From a virus (Duplodnaviria > Caudoviricetes): a stretch of DNA of 44,777 bases. The stretch spans positions 1 to 44,777 of the IMG/VR virus record IMGVR_UViG_3300032247_000728. The stretch is one strand, 5' to 3'. Positions 6,640 to 15,405 of the stretch are shown here, in pieces. The stretch's first letter is position 1. Each line of letters begins with the position of its first letter. Below the pieces are notes generated by a model. It saw nothing but the letters and a program-made list of their open reading frames with translations, was not told where the DNA came from and made no database searches. The translations under genes and the position numbers were made by a program.

Positions 6640-8208
6640 TTATTCAACCCCTCCATCTATACCATTTAACAGATACTCCCACTTGGAGATTCCTATGATG
6701 TCACCTTTTCCGTTGACTTCATAGGATTTATGGAACTTACGGATACGTCCGAAAATCCAAACCTTGATATACGAAGGACAATCCGATTGCATAAAATCAT
6801 CGAAAGTCTCGATGCTTGCACCCGGAGAAGCCATATATTGCAAGAACTCTGTCCATAACTTCAACTTGTAGAAGTTGAGCGTTGCCATACCTACTCGTAC
6901 TTCTATCGTTCCGAAGCGACGGAAGGGAAGAGTGTTTACAGCGGTATACTTGTTATTGGTGTGTTCACGGAATACTCCGCAATACTGATTATAAGCACGA
7001 TTGTGATGCAAGGTTCGGTGTGCCCAGTCTTTTAGAGCATTACGAATCTTACCAGCAATACGAGATGCCTGTTGTTGAGTCTTTCCACGCATATCTATGT
7101 GAACGTGATTTCCACAAGAACTATTAACACGAGCACCCGCATCAGTCATATATTTCAGACAATCCTGCAAATCCTTCCAATCGGAAGGACTATTAGGATT
7201 CATAAAATAGTTTAACTCTTGATAACGTGCTAAACTCTCAGAATCGTTTTGTGCGTTTATCGAGCCGTCTCCTTTGAATGTTAAGAATCGGGCAGAAGGA
7301 AACTCGTCCTCGTCCCAATTCGTAATTTTCGAAGATTTCTCGGCAATAAACTCTAGCTCGATTCCGAGACAACTACCAGACGGACGAAACTTATTTGCTA
7401 TGGCAACTTCTGTTGGAGTGAAGTTAGCAAACCAGTTAAGAGGAGAAACACCCGAAACACTTACTTTCTCTAATGCTACGTTTACACGCTCTTTGAGTGT
7501 AAGAGTATTGGGGTTGTTCTGCATAATCTCCAATCGGGACGCTTCTCGTCGAGACTTAATTACGTGTAAACACGTGATCGCACATAACACAGATTCCGAG
7601 TAGAAGTCGTTTAAGCGATAAATCGCAGAAGTGTCCTTAAACTTCAAAACACGTGTTACTTCGCTTTCACTCATTAAGTGCCAGCGAGAGAAGTTAATTT
7701 CCTTTAATACTTCGACTTCTTGTGAATCAAAGTCTTTCGACTTTACTTGGCTTACATCGTTAAAAAGTTTAACGACAAAGTGGAAGTAAGAAGGAGACGA
7801 GTGATGCAAGTATTCGAGATTCAATGCAATCCAAGTTAACAGAGACATACTACCATCGGTAGTTTTGTGGTTTAACTTGGATCGGGAGTATACACGTAAG
7901 TTAGAGCATACTTCGAGTGCTTTCAAGCGGTGTATAAACTCGCGAACAGACAAACCTCGTTGAGTGCGGTGTGTGTTGTATGCTCGTGAACCTTGTAAGG
8001 CACAATTAAGGAGTTTGATATTCTTTCGAGTTTCTTCTGGTAAAGAATTAAACCAAGAAACACGAGTTTCGATGTCAGCCCCTCGCAAGCCGAAATATAT
8101 GTTTGCCTCCGATACAAACGTTAATTGTTTACGAGCAATCTTCTCACTCGTAGACAAGAGCAAAGCGTTAGCAAGCTCACCAGTTAATAATAGTAGTTTT
8201 TTATTCAT
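6640..8208 (-). CDS. Putative amidoligase (COOH-NH2 ligase, Amidoligase_2-like) with long N-terminal extension
   Basis: GIELEF, DGS, SCGNHVHID, KYTAVN and TIEVR motifs in the C-terminal half; adjacent to a class II amidotransferase as expected for this family. Confidence 0.88.
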   Translation of the reverse strand: MNKKLLLLTGELANALLLSTSEKIARKQLTFVSEANIYFGLRGADIETRVSWFNSLPEETRKNIKLLNCALQGSRAYNTHRTQRGLSVREFIHRLKALEVCSNLRVYSRSKLNHKTTDGSMSLLTWIALNLEYLHHSSPSYFHFVVKLFNDVSQVKSKDFDSQEVEVLKEINFSRWHLMSESEVTRVLKFKDTSAIYRLNDFYSESVLCAITCLHVIKSRREASRLEIMQNNPNTLTLKERVNVALEKVSVSGVSPLNWFANFTPTEVAIANKFRPSGSCLGIELEFIAEKSSKITNWDEDEFPSARFLTFKGDGSINAQNDSESLARYQELNYFMNPNSPSDWKDLQDCLKYMTDAGARVNSSCGNHVHIDMRGKTQQQASRIAGKIRNALKDWAHRTLHHNRAYNQYCGVFREHTNNKYTAVNTLPFRRFGTIEVRVGMATLNFYKLKLWTEFLQYMASPGASIETFDDFMQSDCPSYIKVWIFGRIRKFHKSYEVNGKGDIIGISKWEYLLNGIDGGVE

Positions 8209-8332
8209 ACTTGTGTTGTTAGTTTAGGTATTACTCACTCGTTTTGCAGTTTGCATAGCATACTCGCCTGGCAAGTTTCCTTGCTTGGATCGTACGCTTT
8301 CAATGTGTGCATTACTTGCTTTCACGAGAAGG

Positions 8333-8360
8333 ACTATATCAGACCACAGAAAAGATACAA
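8333..8360 (-). promoter_or_regulatory. Putative sigma70 promoter for the amidoligase operon
   Basis: TTGTAT-16-TATAGT with extended -10 (TGa). Confidence 0.6.
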
Positions 8361-8428
8361 TACTAATCTTTACGAGTTTCAACGCATACTCGTAAACTTT
8401 TTTATTATTTTTGCTTCCGGTTGTAGGT

Positions 8429-8564
8429 AAACCTGGATTGCAAGTTTGCTTGTATTAAAAGGAAACCTGGATCGTAAGCATACTTGTGTTAATAGGAAAC
8501 CTGGATCGGTAGTTTGCTTGTGTTACAATGAAACCTGGATCGGTAGTTTAATCGTGGCACAAGT
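8429..8564 (+). repeat. Tandem array of four 34-bp units with core AAACCTGGATYG
   Basis: Units start at 8429, 8463, 8497 and 8531. Confidence 0.9.
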
Positions 8565-8713
8565 AATCTTACAACGTAAGATTCTGGCAGCTCCCGGCAA
8601 AACTAACAATCCGAGAACCTGGTGAAAAAACAAAAAGCTCCGCCGGTTTTTTATCTACTATCATGCATTTCACTATCATTGCATTTCATTTTTGTTTGTC
8701 TTTCAATTGATTT

Positions 8714-9025
8714 TTATTTGCTGTGTTTTACGAATGGTGCAATATTTGCATCAAGATGTTGATATTGGAATGGGCGTTCCTCGGCAACTACAACTGTGTC
8801 GTAATTGTTGTTATCGTCATCATAAAACTTACAATCATATACTTTTTTTGAATATGATTTAACATTTTCAAGAATTTCTGGCATATTGATTTCGTAATAT
8901 AAGTCTGAGCAGTCTTTGTCAGCAAACATATAGATTGGATGACAAGACAAAGCAGACATATGGCATTTTGTTGGGTCAGACTTGTCTTTAGCAAGTTTGT
9001 ATATTGTTAGGTAGTTGATTTTCAT
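8714..9025 (-). CDS. Hypothetical protein
   Basis: 103-aa ORF with ATGA overlap to the upstream gene. Confidence 0.7.
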   Translation of the reverse strand: MKINYLTIYKLAKDKSDPTKCHMSALSCHPIYMFADKDCSDLYYEINMPEILENVKSYSKKVYDCKFYDDDNNNYDTVVVAEERPFQYQHLDANIAPFVKHSK

Positions 9026-9540
9026 TTTTGGTTTTTGTGTATTTGGTTAAAAACTGTTTTTCCGTTTGTGTATAATGCATCGAATGAGTCCCATAACTCC
9101 ATTTCGTTTTCCGAAGATATCTCGAAGTACAAGTTGCTGTAAATCATAGATATGTTAATTAACCATTGGATTGGTGCACTCGATCGTGTCATGAATTTAT
9201 ATATAACACGATTGTCGTTTTGTTCTTCTATTACAGGATTTACTACATCCCATAATACACCCCATTCCATTAAAGTAAACTCGTACAAGCTTTTATAACC
9301 ACATAATTGCTCGTTTTGTGTATATGTTTTCTCATCTGTCTTATAGAACGAGTCTACAAGGCAATCTGGAACCTCATATATAGAGTTTAATGTTAATGGT
9401 TTTTTGTAGTCTATGTCTTCTACATCGCCTACAAATAGACTAAGTTCGTGCATTTGCTCTTTATCGCCTTTTACTTTAGTATACACAGACAAGGTAGTAT
9501 ATACCCAGTCTGAGTTATTGGTACCACTTTGTGTAGTCAT
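9022..9540 (-). CDS. YubB/DUF1281-like ferredoxin-fold protein
   Basis: EWGVLWD...FMTRSSAPIQWL...YSNLYF resembles the WGTKW...FxTAWxPP pattern of this phage family. Confidence 0.6.
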   Translation of the reverse strand: MTTQSGTNNSDWVYTTLSVYTKVKGDKEQMHELSLFVGDVEDIDYKKPLTLNSIYEVPDCLVDSFYKTDEKTYTQNEQLCGYKSLYEFTLMEWGVLWDVVNPVIEEQNDNRVIYKFMTRSSAPIQWLINISMIYSNLYFEISSENEMELWDSFDALYTNGKTVFNQIHKNQK

Positions 9541-9715
9541 AGTATGTGTTTGTTGCTGATTGTTGTGCTAATGATGTTCGTGCAAGGAAAGCAAGTGCTT
9601 CCTTTTTACGTTTTTCTGTAGGGACTTCACCGTCAAAATATTTGTCGATGAGTTCCTTGTGTTCCTGCAATAAAGATTCAGTTAATGAATCTTCTGGTAG
9701 TTCTTCTGGCTTCAT
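9515..9715 (-). CDS. Hypothetical protein
   Basis: 66-aa ORF downstream of two promoters, with an AC-rich leader. Confidence 0.65.
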   Translation of the reverse strand: MKPEELPEDSLTESLLQEHKELIDKYFDGEVPTEKRKKEALAFLARTSLAQQSATNTYYDYTKWYQ

Positions 9716-9743
9716 TTGTGTATTTGTGTTGGTTTATATAAAC

Positions 9744-9803
9744 AGATGTGGCTAACTTAATGTTACTTGCGTTGTGTTGCAACACGCACCACAAACCACA
9801 TCT
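9744..9803 (-). ncRNA. Candidate structured leader or small RNA
   Basis: AGATGTGG/CCACATCT closing stem around TAAC/GTTA and GTGTTGCAACAC hairpins. Confidence 0.35.
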
Positions 9804-9833
9804 ATTATGATACTATTGACGCTAATCTGTCAA
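9804..9833 (-). promoter_or_regulatory. Putative sigma70 promoter
   Basis: TTGACA-18-CATAAT; the -35 is overlapped by the inverted repeat ATCTGT-CA-ACAGAT. Confidence 0.55.
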
Positions 9834-9843
9834 CAGATATAGA

Positions 9844-9872
9844 AATATACTAATTATTATAAATGTTGTCAA
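9844..9872 (-). promoter_or_regulatory. Putative sigma70 promoter
   Basis: TTGACA-17-TATATT. Confidence 0.7.
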
Positions 9873-9877
9873 ATAAA

Positions 9878-10294
9878 TTAGTTAATATTACGTAAAATAT
9901 GTTGAACGAGTTGCTGACGATATGTGTAGTCGGATTCCATAGCACCTCGAAACTGGCTTACAATTTCGTCTACGGCATCTGAATCTTTGTGACGAATCGT
10001 AACAATCTGAACAAATGCTTTACGCTGTAATTCATATGCAGTAACAACTTTTGAGCGTGTTGTTAATTGCGTTAAATCGTGTGAACGACGTAAATTTGGT
10101 TCACGAGCAGCACGAAGATAAGTTTGAATCACAGAAAGTGGTGATTCGCATGTATACTTGAAATCTTCATCAGACTTGAACAATGAAGCAAATCGTGATG
10201 CCTCACGGCTGGTCAACTGCTTTTCTTTAGCAAAAAGAAATGCGAGTTGTTGTTTGATTTCGTCAGTTATTTTTTTTGTTTTTTGGTTTTCCAT
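9878..10294 (-). CDS. Hypothetical protein
   Basis: 138-aa ORF in the leftward operon. Confidence 0.7.
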   Translation of the reverse strand: MENQKTKKITDEIKQQLAFLFAKEKQLTSREASRFASLFKSDEDFKYTCESPLSVIQTYLRAAREPNLRRSHDLTQLTTRSKVVTAYELQRKAFVQIVTIRHKDSDAVDEIVSQFRGAMESDYTYRQQLVQHILRNIN

Positions 10295-10751
10295 TTTTGT
10301 TGTTTTTATTGGTTTTATTGGTGTTTTTTGCTGATTTTGTAACTATAACAGTTTCTTCGTATAAGTCAATACCTTTTTGTGATAAAATTTCTTTAATTCG
10401 TTTTTGGTGAACTTTTTCAATTTCTTCAGTTAAAATATTATTTTCGCGTAGCATTTGGCATCCCTGCTCAAATAACTCAGCGAACTGAATATAACTTTTT
10501 GAAAGCGAGAAAACGGTAAGTATTCCGTATTGTGGTAGGTTTGATGTTAGGTCACCAGAATGAATTAACTGAAGAATTCGCCAAGCGTCAACCTTATTTA
10601 TTGTTTTATTTGAAATTAGTGTAAGAAGTGAAATCGGGTCTTCTTCCGTTAATACTTCTGTATCAAAAACAATTTCCTCAAGTTGATTGTGAAGGTTTTT
10701 GTTATTGTTTTGGTTGTTTTGGTTATTGTTCATGTTATTGTTTTTGTTCAA
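10263..10751 (-). CDS. Hypothetical protein with Asn/Lys-rich low-complexity ends
   Basis: 162-aa ORF overlapping both neighbours. Confidence 0.7.
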   Translation of the reverse strand: MNKNNNMNNNQNNQNNNKNLHNQLEEIVFDTEVLTEEDPISLLTLISNKTINKVDAWRILQLIHSGDLTSNLPQYGILTVFSLSKSYIQFAELFEQGCQMLRENNILTEEIEKVHQKRIKEILSQKGIDLYEETVIVTKSAKNTNKTNKNNKNGKPKNKKNN

Positions 10752-11196
10752 TATCTATAGTTATATCATTTTCTTTTTTTTCGTCAAGAGAAAAATGTTT
10801 ATTTAATTCATCCTGTGTAATTGTTAGTCTTGTTGAAACAGTAACAGTAGGAACATCCTGCATGTCCCTAACCTTGTCTATTGCTATTGCTATGCTCATA
10901 GGTATTTGACCAATAGGCATATTATCAATTTCCTCGTTTAAACGTAAAGCTCCTTTTCTAACAAAATTAGCAAGCAGAGTAGAAACTTCTTTTTTCCATG
11001 ATCCTAATTCGAGCTTTCCTTCTTGTTCCATGTTTTGTCTAATTGCAACTACAGTTTCTTTTCTTACTTTGCATAATTTAGCAGTTTCCTGGCATGACTT
11101 ACCATCTATGATTAAGTTCTCGATGATGTCTTTCTTAACTGCTGGAAGACTTTTAAGTGGATTGTTTAGACTTTCATTATTTGCTTGATATTCCAT
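10735..11196 (-). CDS. Helix-turn-helix protein, candidate terminase small subunit
   Basis: GKSCQETAKLCKVRKETV HTH followed by a helical region and AIAIDK...PT; ATG at 11196 preferred. Confidence 0.55.
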   Translation of the reverse strand: MEYQANNESLNNPLKSLPAVKKDIIENLIIDGKSCQETAKLCKVRKETVVAIRQNMEQEGKLELGSWKKEVSTLLANFVRKGALRLNEEIDNMPIGQIPMSIAIAIDKVRDMQDVPTVTVSTRLTITQDELNKHFSLDEKKENDITIDIEQKQ

Positions 11197-11212
11197 AAAT
11201 TTAGTATTTAAT

Positions 11213-11650
11213 ATGAATATGAATGTAATAATGCTAAATGTCAATATAATTCCAACAAAAACTACACACCAGTCAGCTTTACGTATTTTAAAAGGAAAAA
11301 GTGGTAAAATGTTTGTTGGTAAATACCAGAAAACTGAGTTTCGTGCTTGGATCGAGGAATTTAAACTTAAGATTAGATCAAGTAAACCATTTGCTCCATT
11401 AGAAGGACCAATTGACGTAGAAATAGAATTTTACTTTCCATATAATAAGTCAGCATCAGAGAAACTACGTAAAACAGAGTCTTGGAAGATTACTCGCCCG
11501 GATTTAGATAATATGGAGAAAACTATATTTGATTGTTTAACATCAGAAGGGTTTATTCAAGATGATTCACTTATATGCAAGAAATTGAGCATAAAGAAAT
11601 ACTCTGAAAAGCCAAGAATTTTTATTAAAATATCTAAAATTACTGGTTGA
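11213..11650 (+). CDS. rusA: RusA-family Holliday junction resolvase
   Basis: RPDLDNMEKTIFDCL...IQDD catalytic motif. Confidence 0.92.
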   Translation: MNMNVIMLNVNIIPTKTTHQSALRILKGKSGKMFVGKYQKTEFRAWIEEFKLKIRSSKPFAPLEGPIDVEIEFYFPYNKSASEKLRKTESWKITRPDLDNMEKTIFDCLTSEGFIQDDSLICKKLSIKKYSEKPRIFIKISKITG

Positions 11651-11674
11651 CAAAACTTTGGTTATGGTGTTTGT

Positions 11675-12481
11675 TTGCTTATTATGTACCCAACGAATAC
11701 AATACTAGAAAATATTAGCGATGAAGAATACTCAAAGATTGACGCTATAAACTATTCATCATTGAAGAAGTTTATGGTCAGTCCAAAGCACTATAAATAC
11801 TCAACAGAAGACCAAGCATTAGATACTAAAGAGGCATTTAATGTCGGTCGTGCAATTCACCACCTTGCATTAAAGAAAGAAACATTTTCTGATAACTGGG
11901 TTGTTTCCCCTGTTTGCGATAAACGCACAAAAGACGGAAAACAAATCTGGGAAGATTTTGTGAAGTCTTCTGCCGGGAAAAGTATTCTCCTTCCAGACGA
12001 ATTTGAAACTGTTACTAATTGTGGTGCTGCTTTGCTTAACAATGATTATTTTAAATACTTTTTTGGTAATGGAAAAGTATACACAGAGTGCGTGATCGTA
12101 ACAGAATACGCCGGTGTTAAGATTAAAGGTCGATTAGATGCTTTTAACGTAACTACTAATACAGTTATGGACATTAAATCATTTAATAAGCCACCAGAAG
12201 TAGACGAAGTTGTACGTGAAATATTTAATCGTCGATATAACTACCAAGCTTTTCTTTACAAAATTCTTGGTAAATCTGTAACACAAGACTTGCCAAAATT
12301 TGAGTGGTGTTTTATTGAGAAGAAAAGCCCTAATTCTATTGGTTGGTTTGAGTATTCTGACCGATTAGTTTCTGACCAGTCAGTTCAAAACATTGAAGAA
12401 GCATTATGTCGATTTGAGAACGCAAAGAAAAATGATATTTGGACTGGACTTCCTCACGAAAATACTCCATATGTATTGTAA
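11675..12481 (+). CDS. RecE/exonuclease VIII-like PD-(D/E)XK nuclease (DUF3799-like)
   Basis: SSLKK...SP, GRAIH, DKRTKDGK, KGRLD, DIKS and YNYQAFLY motifs. Confidence 0.88.
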   Translation: MLIMYPTNTILENISDEEYSKIDAINYSSLKKFMVSPKHYKYSTEDQALDTKEAFNVGRAIHHLALKKETFSDNWVVSPVCDKRTKDGKQIWEDFVKSSAGKSILLPDEFETVTNCGAALLNNDYFKYFFGNGKVYTECVIVTEYAGVKIKGRLDAFNVTTNTVMDIKSFNKPPEVDEVVREIFNRRYNYQAFLYKILGKSVTQDLPKFEWCFIEKKSPNSIGWFEYSDRLVSDQSVQNIEEALCRFENAKKNDIWTGLPHENTPYVL

Positions 12482-13140
12482 TGAGCAATAATCAATTTTC
12501 TGGTGTATTCATTCCTCGTGAAGTTTTATTAGACGAAGACATTTCTGCGTCTGGTAAAATCATATTCGCAATTATCCAGTCGTTAGACAACGACAAGGGT
12601 TGCTTTGCGTCTAATGAATACATCGGAAAAATGCTTGGTCTTTCTGATTCAGCAGTTCGTTGTTCAATAGCAGACCTTGAACGTAAAAAATATTTAATTC
12701 GCTCGATTGACGAAAATGGAAATCGAACGATTACTACTTGCACGACGGCTTCTCTTTGTGGAGATGACCGCCAGAAAACTGGCACCACCCCGCCAGAAAA
12801 CAAGCGTACCCCCCGCCAGAAAACTGGCGTATATAGTAATAAGGATAATAATAGTAATAATATACAGGGTTACTTATTACCACCAATTCCTCACGATGAT
12901 GAATTTGCAAACACTTGGGGTACTTGGGTTCAATATCGAAAAGAACGTAAAAAGCCATTGACAAATCAAACCGTTAAACTACAATTGGAATTTCTAACAA
13001 AACTAACAAAACATGACGCAACCGATTCAATCCTCAAATCTATTCAAAACGGATGGCTTGGGCTATTTGCTCCAGTCAGCAAAGGAAATCCCTATTCATC
13101 CAAAAAGTTACTCACCGAAGATGACCACGGGACTTTTTAA
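12481..13140 (+). CDS. Replication initiator (N-terminal winged HTH, lambda O-like organisation)
   Basis: CFASNEY HTH, central linker encoded by iterons, C-terminal WVQYRKE...SIQNGWLGLF; followed by a DnaC-like gene; ATG at 12481 overlaps the upstream TAA. Confidence 0.88.
   Translation: MSNNQFSGVFIPREVLLDEDISASGKIIFAIIQSLDNDKGCFASNEYIGKMLGLSDSAVRCSIADLERKKYLIRSIDENGNRTITTCTTASLCGDDRQKTGTTPPENKRTPRQKTGVYSNKDNNSNNIQGYLLPPIPHDDEFANTWGTWVQYRKERKKPLTNQTVKLQLEFLTKLTKHDATDSILKSIQNGWLGLFAPVSKGNPYSSKKLLTEDDHGTF
12769..12866 (+). promoter_or_regulatory. Probable replication origin inside the initiator gene
   Basis: CGCCAGAAAACTGGC at 12769, CGCCAGAAAACAAGCG at 12791, CGCCAGAAAACTGGCG at 12814 (spacing 22 and 23 bp), then an AT-rich tract. 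Confidence 0.8.
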
Positions 13141-13786
13141 GTGTGATTGTGGTGGTCTTCGCTACCCAATGACCGATGGTAAGAAAATCATCTGGAATGA
13201 CCTGTATTGCCCTGATTGTGAGAGCAAGTATGATGACCCACGATTCCGTGACTTAAAATGGGCTATAGAGGCAATTGGAGTACCTCCAGAGTATAAGGGT
13301 ACTATAATTGAAAAGATTCCTTGTCCCAAAATGCGTGATGTTGCTTCTAAATGGAGTAACTGGAAAACACGATCATTACTTTTACATGGAACAACTCGTC
13401 TTGGTAAGACACGAGCAGCTTGGGAGGTTTACAAGCGTTGGTGGACTACACATTACAAGAAGCAAACATATATTACAATGCGTCACTTTGAAAAGAACAT
13501 TGAGGAGGGTTTCGAGAACTTTGACCACAATAAGCGTGTGCAGTCTTTGATAAATGTTCCATTCCTTTTTATTGACGATCTTGGGAAAGAGAAGACAACG
13601 CAGCGTGTAGCGTGTGACTTGTTTGCCGTGATAGACGAGCGTACTATTAACCACCGTCCAACCATTATTACAACTAATCACAATTCTTCGAATCTGCTTG
13701 ACAAGTTTGAGGACAAAGAATTGGGTAACGCATTACTTGGTCGACTTACAGACTATTTCGACAAAGTTGGTGCAACATCAAAATAA
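13121..13786 (+). CDS. DnaC/IstB-like AAA+ ATPase (helicase loader)
   Basis: Walker A GTTRLGKT, Walker B FIDDLG, sensor TTN, N-terminal CxC...CxxC; ATG at 13121 preferred over 13013. Confidence 0.9.
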   Translation: MTTGLFKCDCGGLRYPMTDGKKIIWNDLYCPDCESKYDDPRFRDLKWAIEAIGVPPEYKGTIIEKIPCPKMRDVASKWSNWKTRSLLLHGTTRLGKTRAAWEVYKRWWTTHYKKQTYITMRHFEKNIEEGFENFDHNKRVQSLINVPFLFIDDLGKEKTTQRVACDLFAVIDERTINHRPTIITTNHNSSNLLDKFEDKELGNALLGRLTDYFDKVGATSK

Positions 13787-13799
13787 TTAAAAAAAACAC

Positions 13800-13827
13800 T
13801 TGACTATGAAATACATTCCATTAGAGT
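13800..13827 (+). promoter_or_regulatory. Putative sigma70 promoter upstream of erf
   Basis: TTGACT-16-TAGAGT with an A-rich upstream tract. Confidence 0.45.
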
Positions 13828-13850
13828 CCATAACTTCATCACCAATATAT

Positions 13851-14633
13851 ATGAACAACGATATCAATACAAATAACGATAATAGCTCCTATTATAAAAA
13901 TCGTGCATTACTGCACACAGCATTAGTTAAGGCAGTTGCCGAGACTCAAGATGTTGTAGCAGATAGCACAAATCCATTCCACAAAAATAAATATGCGTCA
14001 TTAAACGCACACCTGTCTGTGGTAAAACCAATCTTTGCTAAATACGGATTGGCTGTGATTCAATTCCCATCAAGCAATGATAAGTCAATTGGTGTAACCA
14101 CAACAATTATTCACGAGTGCGGTTCGCAACTTATGGATTCAATTCACATTCCTGTGTCTGATTCAATTACTGGTCAGCAAGCCGGGGCAATTATCTCTTA
14201 TTTACGTCGTTACGCATTAGCATCCGTTGCTGGTATTGCTACTGAAGATGATGATGCTGAGATTGATCGTGTAGCACGTAATCCACAATACTCTGCTAGT
14301 TCAAAGCCAAAGTCCGTCGAGACTCATACTCGTGTTAGCAATGATTTGCCGTTAGGCAGCGAATCATTGGGAACTGTAAACTTTGAACTAGTGGTTCCTT
14401 TCGGAGATGCAAAGGGAAGTAAACTAAATGAACTTCCATTAAAGAATGATGACCGCACTAAAAAGTGTGCAGATTTAAGTTATTGGGCTAAAGTTTGGGT
14501 TCCTAAACCATTTGGAACATCAACAAAAATTAGTAAACGAGACTTAGATTTCAAATCATCAGCAGAAGCATTATATGCAATTAAGAATGCTGAAGCACAA
14601 CCAACACAAACTGACGACGAAATTCCGTTCTAA
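13851..14633 (+). CDS. erf: ERF-family single-strand annealing protein
   Basis: NPFHKNKYASL and GAIISYLRRYAL...EDDDA; SSB-like acidic tail DDEIPF. Confidence 0.9.
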   Translation: MNNDINTNNDNSSYYKNRALLHTALVKAVAETQDVVADSTNPFHKNKYASLNAHLSVVKPIFAKYGLAVIQFPSSNDKSIGVTTTIIHECGSQLMDSIHIPVSDSITGQQAGAIISYLRRYALASVAGIATEDDDAEIDRVARNPQYSASSKPKSVETHTRVSNDLPLGSESLGTVNFELVVPFGDAKGSKLNELPLKNDDRTKKCADLSYWAKVWVPKPFGTSTKISKRDLDFKSSAEALYAIKNAEAQPTQTDDEIPF

Positions 14634-14642
14634 CCATATTTT

Positions 14643-14714
14643 AGTTTTGTAGTTCAATGGATAGAACACCCGCCTTCTAAGCGGGGAATCTTGGTTCAAT
14701 TCCAAGCAAAACTA
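14643..14714 (+). tRNA. tRNA-Arg (anticodon UCU), no encoded CCA
   Basis: Acceptor AGTTTTG/CAAAACT, D arm GTTC/GAAC, anticodon arm CCCGC-CTTCTAA-GCGGG, T arm CTTGG-TTCAATT-CCAAG. Confidence 0.92.
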
Positions 14715-14734
14715 AAAATATTCTAACAACAAAA

Positions 14735-14953
14735 ATGAAGTGCAACCATATCGAAAAGTTTAATCCTCGTGAAAACGACGGATGGAAACTAATTGTAACA
14801 TACAAAAGCGGTATTGAAGCAAACTTCGTAGGTTATACCTGCGATTTTTGTCCAAAGTGCGGAGAACGCATACACCCAGACATGTCAAAGATGTTAAAAA
14901 ACTTTGATTCACCAGAAATTGAGGCATATGAAAATGGCGAAGAACCAAACTAA
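14735..14953 (+). CDS. Small zinc-ribbon protein
   Basis: CNH and FCPKCG motifs. Confidence 0.65.
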   Translation: MKCNHIEKFNPRENDGWKLIVTYKSGIEANFVGYTCDFCPKCGERIHPDMSKMLKNFDSPEIEAYENGEEPN

Positions 14954-15200
14954 TTCTCACAAATCTGCTGCGATGCTTCTTTGTATGTCGGTTGAAGAAC
15001 TTGACAAACTTTTACAAATCCAAAAAGATTATAAAATGATGGAACATGATCAAGAAATCCGCCGAAATATATATGAATCAAATCTTGCTGATTTAGAAGC
15101 ATTGCTTGAGGCAGGAGAAAAAATGTATCAATTACTAAAAACCATTAACAATGAAAAAACTCAAGAAGCGTGTGAACATTGGCGAAACTGCCGATTATAA
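14933..15200 (+). CDS. Hypothetical coiled-coil protein
   Basis: ORF 14904..15200; ATG near 14933 (MAKNQ) preferred. Confidence 0.55.
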
Positions 15201-15405
15201 ATCTATGAAAGAACCAATCAACGAAAAAGACCTAATCAAGTCACTTGCTCAAGCGTGTAAATCATTTGCATTTATATTGCCAGAGCCAAATCAAGACCCA
15301 AATATGTGCAAAACGAATACTGAGTTATATCGTATTCAACATAAACTTGCTAAACAAGTTTGGGCTGATACACTTAAACAACTCAACAAATACGAAAAAC
15401 AATGA
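15151..15405 (+). CDS. Hypothetical protein
   Basis: ORF track; ATGA overlap with the next gene; start may be 15204. Confidence 0.6.
   Translation: MKKLKKRVNIGETADYKSMKEPINEKDLIKSLAQACKSFAFILPEPNQDPNMCKTNTELYRIQHKLAKQVWADTLKQLNKYEKQ

Noticed and set aside
8429-8564. Mini CRISPR array
   Set aside because: The period is only 34 bp, the would-be spacers resemble each other, and no cas genes are present
4275-12870. Invertible segment between the two inverted origin-like copies
   Set aside because: No invertase is recognisable, the copies are too diverged, and inversion would truncate the initiator at TGA TAA
14643-14714. tRNA as an attP site
   Set aside because: No integrase was recognised anywhere in the apparently complete genome
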